The translations under genes were made by a program, and so were the position numbers. Shown here piece after piece: positions 58,910 to 64,000 of a DNA stretch of 64,000 nucleotides. Source of the DNA: Bdellovibrionales bacterium (lineage in GTDB: Bacteria > Bdellovibrionota > Bdellovibrionia > Bdellovibrionales > UBA1609); assembly GCA_965199825.1 (NCBI GenBank), contig OZ241329.1:640001-704000 (forward strand). Reading direction: 5' to 3'. Each line of letters begins with the position of its first letter. Position 1 is the stretch's first letter. Below the pieces are notes generated by a model, which was given only the letters and a program-made list of their open reading frames with translations, had not been told where the DNA came from and made no database searches.

Positions 58910-60210
58910 TTGAACCACGAGATATTTTCGCCGATTTTTATTTTATCGGTGTAATTCTCAAGTTCATCTAACCAGTGGCCGTGAACCAAAATTTTGGCAA
59001 AACTCAATGTGTTGATCTCGTTGAGTTGAATGATTGTCAAAAAGGCGGCCACTGTATTTCGGGCTAACATCAAATTTTCTCTTGAATCCAAATCCAATTT
59101 TTCAAATCGACTTCTCCACCGCAACACTTCGGCTTCTGAAATATTCAATGTTACCAGTGTTGGCTCGATGACTTGCCTTAAAAAGGTGCCCAACGCTTTT
59201 CTTTTGGTCAAAACCGACTGATGCCAGTAGTCCACAATAAATTCGGCAAGGACCGAATTCGCCGCAGTATGAATCATATCAAAGTAAGCTTGGGTCTGAT
59301 CTTCGCTCATTGACGGATTGCCCTGCGGCCGGTTCTTAATATAGCGGTAGGCCGCCTGCACTACGACATCCTTTGGGATGTAAACCGAACCATCAGACTC
59401 CATCGCTCGCAAAGAAAAAAAAGCGGAGTCTGCAATGAGATACATTGCTTCAGTTTGTTTTTTGATCACCACCGCATGTGAGGCACAATCCTCCACATTT
59501 TTTTCATAGCGAATATTGAGTCCGCACAATTTAACGAACACCGAATGATTCAGGCTTAAGCCCCTTGCGATCGCTGCCGAAATCTCTTGAGGATCAAGAG
59601 CCAAAGTTTTTGTAAGCGGTGATGAAGGGGCCTCGACCTGGTGGTCACACTTTCTAAAATTCACCGCTTGAGCCAGAAAATCCAAACCGTTTTTTGATTT
59701 TTTAGCAAGGGATTCGAGAATCTGTTTGGTATTTTTTAATCGATACTTGTCCAACTCATGATCGGCGCTGGATTCAAAAAAGATATGCTTTGACTGATAG
59801 CTGTTAAAAAATGCAGGCAGCATCTCATCAAGATCATAGGCCAAGGGATTTAAAATCTTTGATCGATTGATCAAAAATAGATCTTTTTCGAGAGTGCAAT
59901 GAGCGGCGGTAAAACTTTTTTTGGCTGGAAGATAAGGAAATTCTTGATGGGATCCATCAAAAAAAATGTGAATATTTGAAGCTTGAATCTCGAAGTTTTG
60001 ATTCAACTCATATTCGCGATGAGCACGAACAATCTCGAAAATCGAATACTTCCATTGGGCCGCATTGAGCGAGCACTCTTTACAAGTGGCATCCTTCATG
60101 AGTTGCTCCTCAGCAAAACTCATACAGAAAGGGGTGTAGGCTTGTCCGCGCAGCTTGAGTTCGTCAAAGGCTTGAGCCGCAATCCATACCCACAGAACAA
60201 AAATAAAAAT
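58906..60210 (-). CDS. Putative exported papain-like cysteine protease with non-canonical or frameshifted start
   Basis: The open frame upstream of ATG 60123 encodes IFIFVLWVWIAAQA and RGQAYTPFCMSFA (Q-x5-C); SHAVVI and YLIADS lie downstream. Confidence 0.6.
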   Translation of the reverse strand: MFIFVLWVWIAAQAFDELKLRGQAYTPFCMSFAEEQLMKDATCKECSLNAAQWKYSIFEIVRAHREYELNQNFEIQASNIHIFFDGSHQEFPYLPAKKSFTAAHCTLEKDLFLINRSKILNPLAYDLDEMLPAFFNSYQSKHIFFESSADHELDKYRLKNTKQILESLAKKSKNGLDFLAQAVNFRKCDHQVEAPSSPLTKTLALDPQEISAAIARGLSLNHSVFVKLCGLNIRYEKNVEDCASHAVVIKKQTEAMYLIADSAFFSLRAMESDGSVYIPKDVVVQAAYRYIKNRPQGNPSMSEDQTQAYFDMIHTAANSVLAEFIVDYWHQSVLTKRKALGTFLRQVIEPTLVTLNISEAEVLRWRSRFEKLDLDSRENLMLARNTVAAFLTIIQLNEINTLSFAKILVHGHWLDELENYTDKIKIGENISWFN

Positions 60211-60299
60211 TGCCGCCCCCTCAAATGTTGGTGAGCGACTTGATACGTCACAAACCGATAACAGCTGTTGTTTAAAATAAAATCATCGAAGCTTTTGAG

Positions 60300-60536
60300 A
60301 TGACTGAAAAGCAAGAACGCACCAATACAATTATCTTTTTACTTATAGGGAGTATTGGCCTACCGATTTATTTGTATCAGTGGTGGGTTCAGTCTTCAAA
60401 TGGTTGGGTTTGTTTTTCACGCCATGGAAATATTTTAGAATACACTTCGGTTTGTAAAACAAAAATATTTTTAGGATTGTTTTTAACCGGGATGGCGCTA
60501 TTTTTATCGCTGCGAAAAATTCTTAAAACAAAATGA
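60300..60536 (+). CDS. Small two-TM membrane protein
   Basis: 78-aa ORF with two hydrophobic segments. Confidence 0.45.
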   Translation: MTEKQERTNTIIFLLIGSIGLPIYLYQWWVQSSNGWVCFSRHGNILEYTSVCKTKIFLGLFLTGMALFLSLRKILKTK

Positions 60537-60777
60537 TAAATTAGAAAACAATCGGATTAAACTTTTTTAATTTATTAATCAAAGGATTGCGATATTTTGA
60601 CACAAAATCCTTCATCCGATCTTTTTCGGCTCTGGCTTGAATGAGGTACGCCTAGAATTCATCGATCACCAAATCTTCGTTTTCGATATTGTAGGCCTTG
60701 CCAATATCCAGTCATGGACTCCATTTGCTAACGAGATCGGCTCGTTTATTACATTGATTTGCGGCTTCATGTTTTTA

Positions 60778-62187
60778 TCAAGGCACATAGCCCAGAACTC
60801 CTTCAACTGCAAAACCGTGTTGCAAACACTCATTTTGATCAAGAGTGTCCATATGTCCTGAATCACTTTTTATACAGCGGTAAAGTGCCTTCGACGCTTG
60901 CGGTGAACTTCCGTTTTGAACAAAACCCAAAGGGCCTTCGTTATCGTTGCCTCCACAATCATCGGTTGAAGAGGTAAAATGATCATCGGTTCCTCTGACA
61001 AGACATCGGTAAATGGTGTGTCGATCAGATCCCCCCACATTGAGTAAGCCTGTGAGTAGTCCATCCTCATTCCACTCTGCAGTCACATCGTTCAAATCGA
61101 TTGCCGACAAATGATATAAGGTACCTGATTTAATCAAACGATAAAGAGGATGTACACTAAAGTCAGCACCGGTCGCGACGGGCGCAGGATTGTTGGTCGG
61201 TGGTGTGACAGTCGGAGGCGCACCGGGAGATGATGGATTAAACGTTTGATGCAAATTCTGAATGGCTTGGGTCACCTGAGTCACCGTTCCCACACTCACG
61301 TACATTCTAAAACTATAATCACCAGCTGGTGTGTCTGCAGTTCGAAACACCGCATTCCATTTCATCGTATCACCTGGAAATGAAAAGCGACCAAAGCCGG
61401 CTTGTGCGTAAGCGGCTTGAGGAAGATCGGGAGAATAAATTCCCATGGCGTAATTTTGATCAGAGGTTGAGAGAATCACAGGAATGGGTTGCTCTCCATT
61501 TTGATTCGATAATGCTCTTAGCGATGAAGATCGTGGATCGTATGTCCAAAATGTTGAAAATTGACTGGGCATATAACCGGTCAAGGCCTCAAAGGTCGCA
61601 CTCGAATGATGAGCGGCCACGTGGTAGGTTACCAAATATTCGATCACATTGGATTGTCCGTTATATCCAATGGTCACTTGCTTGCTGATTTGATCATTTG
61701 ATAAATCAGTTGTATTTAGTGCTGAAAAACCTCCGCCGCATCCATTGGGATAAGGCATTTGAGCAGGAGTCCAATAAGCCATTTGGGTTGTGGTTTTTAA
61801 AACGTTATTGTTTGCGCTGATTCCAAGGAGTTGACTAGTGGAAACTGTTCCATCAGTTGCCGACCCCGCTTCGGTCGGATTTAGACATTCCCCAAATCCA
61901 TCAAAGCTCACTGCAGACTGAAGCTCTCTTCCATGATCGGTGCTGTTGATAAATTCTTTGTTATTCCAGGTGAGCGATGTGATAGCTCCGGCCATTTGCG
62001 AACTTGTTTTGATAACTAACGGAGATCCAAGTGCCACACCCGCAATCGAAGTATCGCCGCTGGATGCAACCGAAGAGGAGCTTAAACTCGAACTCAATGT
62101 CGCTTTCGAAATGCCCCGAAAAGCGGAGCAGCCAAAGATCACCGCAGTGAAAGAAGCAAATAGTATGAGTTTAGACAGAAAGTTCAT
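60778..62187 (-). CDS. Lipoprotein with beta-rich domain, Pro/Thr linker and C-terminal DUF5648-like repeats
   Basis: Lipobox IFGC; DHGRELQSA..NPTEAGS; three [LI]YR....H....E[GD] repeats; AGGGGG RBS. Confidence 0.7.
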   Translation of the reverse strand: MNFLSKLILFASFTAVIFGCSAFRGISKATLSSSLSSSSVASSGDTSIAGVALGSPLVIKTSSQMAGAITSLTWNNKEFINSTDHGRELQSAVSFDGFGECLNPTEAGSATDGTVSTSQLLGISANNNVLKTTTQMAYWTPAQMPYPNGCGGGFSALNTTDLSNDQISKQVTIGYNGQSNVIEYLVTYHVAAHHSSATFEALTGYMPSQFSTFWTYDPRSSSLRALSNQNGEQPIPVILSTSDQNYAMGIYSPDLPQAAYAQAGFGRFSFPGDTMKWNAVFRTADTPAGDYSFRMYVSVGTVTQVTQAIQNLHQTFNPSSPGAPPTVTPPTNNPAPVATGADFSVHPLYRLIKSGTLYHLSAIDLNDVTAEWNEDGLLTGLLNVGGSDRHTIYRCLVRGTDDHFTSSTDDCGGNDNEGPLGFVQNGSSPQASKALYRCIKSDSGHMDTLDQNECLQHGFAVEGVLGYVP

Positions 62188-62403
62188 CGCGTATCCCCCT
62201 GAGACTCATATAAATTGCAATTTCAGAGTGATTTCTTAGTGATAAGCTTTGAATTTGGACGGACAAAAATGTCGAAGAAGTAAAACTTGGATGATTGATT
62301 TACGCCGCAAAATGAGACGCCTCACTTTAAGCCACTTGCTTCAACATCAAGTTCAATCAAAAAAATCTTTTGAATCAAAAAGAGCTTTGGCCTATCACTA
62401 GAT

Positions 62404-63054
62404 ATGATCATTTTTATTTTATTGAGTTTTATGTGCTTAAAAAGTTTTGCAGGCGATTTTAAACTTACGATGCGTGACCAACGTCGGATCACTTTTGAAT
62501 ACAACGATGATTACTCACTCACGCCGTATGCCAAAAATAGACTGAGAAATTTTGCTGTGGTTGACCCTTTATTAGAAAATGACATCGCAATTATTTTTAG
62601 CGTTTTTTATAACACCCAAGTGATCGAGAGCAAATTTAAAGATTTACCTCTGACCACAATCGATTTTTTAAATGGACGAATCAATTTATTACCGGCCCAT
62701 TTTTCAGACTACATCAAATCAACTTTAGCATCGGTGCAGCGACTTCGTTATCCAGAAAATCAGAAAGAACTTTCAAGATTCGTTCGTCAGTATCTGTCGC
62801 TAAAATTTGATTCACTCTCGAAGACCGCGTTGATTAGACCTCTTACCAATTCGCTTGCTTCGAGAGCTTCAGCTCGCCTGTTAAATTACTATTCGAATTC
62901 TTTATTTTGGCAAGTGCTCCAAGCGAATCTTAAAATGGGCTATCCAAATCAGGTAACGGATCCGACACAAGTCAGATCTTTGATTGAACAGCTGTTTAAG
63001 ATCGACCAACCTTCGGACTCAGTGGATTGTATGCGCCTGTTGGGGTCAGCTTAG
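62404..63054 (+). CDS. Hypothetical exported protein
   Basis: Signal peptide ending SFA; 216 aa. Confidence 0.65.
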   Translation: MIIFILLSFMCLKSFAGDFKLTMRDQRRITFEYNDDYSLTPYAKNRLRNFAVVDPLLENDIAIIFSVFYNTQVIESKFKDLPLTTIDFLNGRINLLPAHFSDYIKSTLASVQRLRYPENQKELSRFVRQYLSLKFDSLSKTALIRPLTNSLASRASARLLNYYSNSLFWQVLQANLKMGYPNQVTDPTQVRSLIEQLFKIDQPSDSVDCMRLLGSA

Positions 63055-63056
63055 TT

Positions 63057-63998
63057 TTATTGTCCACCATTTTCTTTTTTGCGAACAGAATTAAATAAAG
63101 GCTGCATGGAAGTGAACTTTGAATCGTTCATGTAATTAGAGTCAGTATTAACCATAGTTTCAATAATCTGAATTGAAGGACCCCGTTCTAGGATAATTTC
63201 GCTGTAGTTTCCGTGTTGAAATGCTGACGCAACCGAATCTGTCCAAAGCTGCAAACCTCTTCGAAATTCCACGGTCAGCTCGATCAAAGTGGAAACCTTG
63301 AGTTCAAGAGCGTCTTTAGAGTCCTTATTTTCTGCATTTGAGTCTGACAATACGATGTCCTTACTCGATGGAAAATCATTTCGACAATGTTCATCAGCAA
63401 ACGAATACTGCCAAGGCCAACCAGAAACTTTGGGAAGATCAATTTTTATTTTACTGCAAATAACATTAGCCTCATGGCTAAAATCCACTTTAATCTGACT
63501 CAGTTTGTTTAGATAATTTCTGATGCTTGCTTGCGCAAATCGAATATTAGGATTTTGGTCCACATAACTTTCCAGATAGCCCAAACCAAAAAATCGTACT
63601 AATAAATGCTTCCTTAGTAGAGGGCTCGCATTATTATAAAACTCAAGATAACGTTTCGGATTGCGAGCGATATTTGCCGTAATTTTGGCTTCACGTTCAA
63701 TGATTTCGCTAAAGGAATAGGGGAGCTGAATACCAATTTGGATTGGTTCAAGACGATTCCACTCGATTAACTGATACTTATCGTTATTTCTTCCCAATTT
63801 AACTGCAAGTGATGAATTGAATTCATTGGTTAATTTTTGGGCCATACGAAGTTCGTCATCACTACAGGCGAGAAAAGCAGAGAGAGTTGACTCAAAATCA
63901 TCTTGTTGGGGTGCAAAGTAAACTTTTTTGAACGTCTCATTTGAGACTATTCGTTGTAGGTCCTCATCTTGTTTTTGGTCAACAAATCGAAGAAACAT
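63057..63998 (-). CDS. Hypothetical protein, probably 5'-truncated
   Basis: Long ORF running to the window edge; no motif recognised. Confidence 0.55.
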   Translation of the reverse strand: MFLRFVDQKQDEDLQRIVSNETFKKVYFAPQQDDFESTLSAFLACSDDELRMAQKLTNEFNSSLAVKLGRNNDKYQLIEWNRLEPIQIGIQLPYSFSEIIEREAKITANIARNPKRYLEFYNNASPLLRKHLLVRFFGLGYLESYVDQNPNIRFAQASIRNYLNKLSQIKVDFSHEANVICSKIKIDLPKVSGWPWQYSFADEHCRNDFPSSKDIVLSDSNAENKDSKDALELKVSTLIELTVEFRRGLQLWTDSVASAFQHGNYSEIILERGPSIQIIETMVNTDSNYMNDSKFTSMQPLFNSVRKKENGGQ

Positions 63999-64000
63999 TA

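Noticed and set aside
60120..60314. 64-aa minus-strand ORF upstream of the protease
   Set aside because: The neighbouring frame carries the signal peptide and catalytic motif. This frame matters only as the possible source of TTG 60224.
63934..63947. GTCTCA-TT-TGAGAC palindrome
   Set aside because: It lies inside a coding region and has a 2-nt rather than 3-nt spacer, so it was not counted with the intergenic motif.

Overview
A 64-kb, very gene-dense bacterial chromosome segment, probably from a Bdellovibrionota-like organism. That placement is inferred from the signalling-protein architectures, the FQNC-type lipoprotein signal and the many orphan secreted proteins. Housekeeping content: trmB, ggt, leuS, speA plus a deoxyhypusine-synthase-like gene, a Yej-like peptide ABC transporter, dksA, xth, ahpC, rfaD, ribD, a panG-like/panB/panC/coaBC/coaX operon, a liu-type leucine catabolism operon, osmC and the RNase P RNA gene. 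No CRISPR array, tRNA, rRNA or mobile element was seen. Main observations: (1) a six-gene module linking a PP2C/kinase-like/STAS partner switch to a CheW-less CheA-like kinase, CheY and a receiver-J-domain-TPR protein, behind a sigma28-like promoter; (2) a papain-like protease whose signal peptide and catalytic Cys lie upstream of the first ATG, implying an ATT start or a G-tract frameshift; (3) three tandem paralogous lipoproteins with sigma54-like promoters and conserved GGA-loop hairpins over their ribosome-binding sites; (4) many genes with promoter -10 boxes 5-7 nt from the start codon, suggesting leaderless mRNAs; (5) a divergent SelO-like protein, an ATP-grasp enzyme coupled to ahpC, and a bacterial topoisomerase IB. 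All calls come from reading motifs by eye; no database searches were run.
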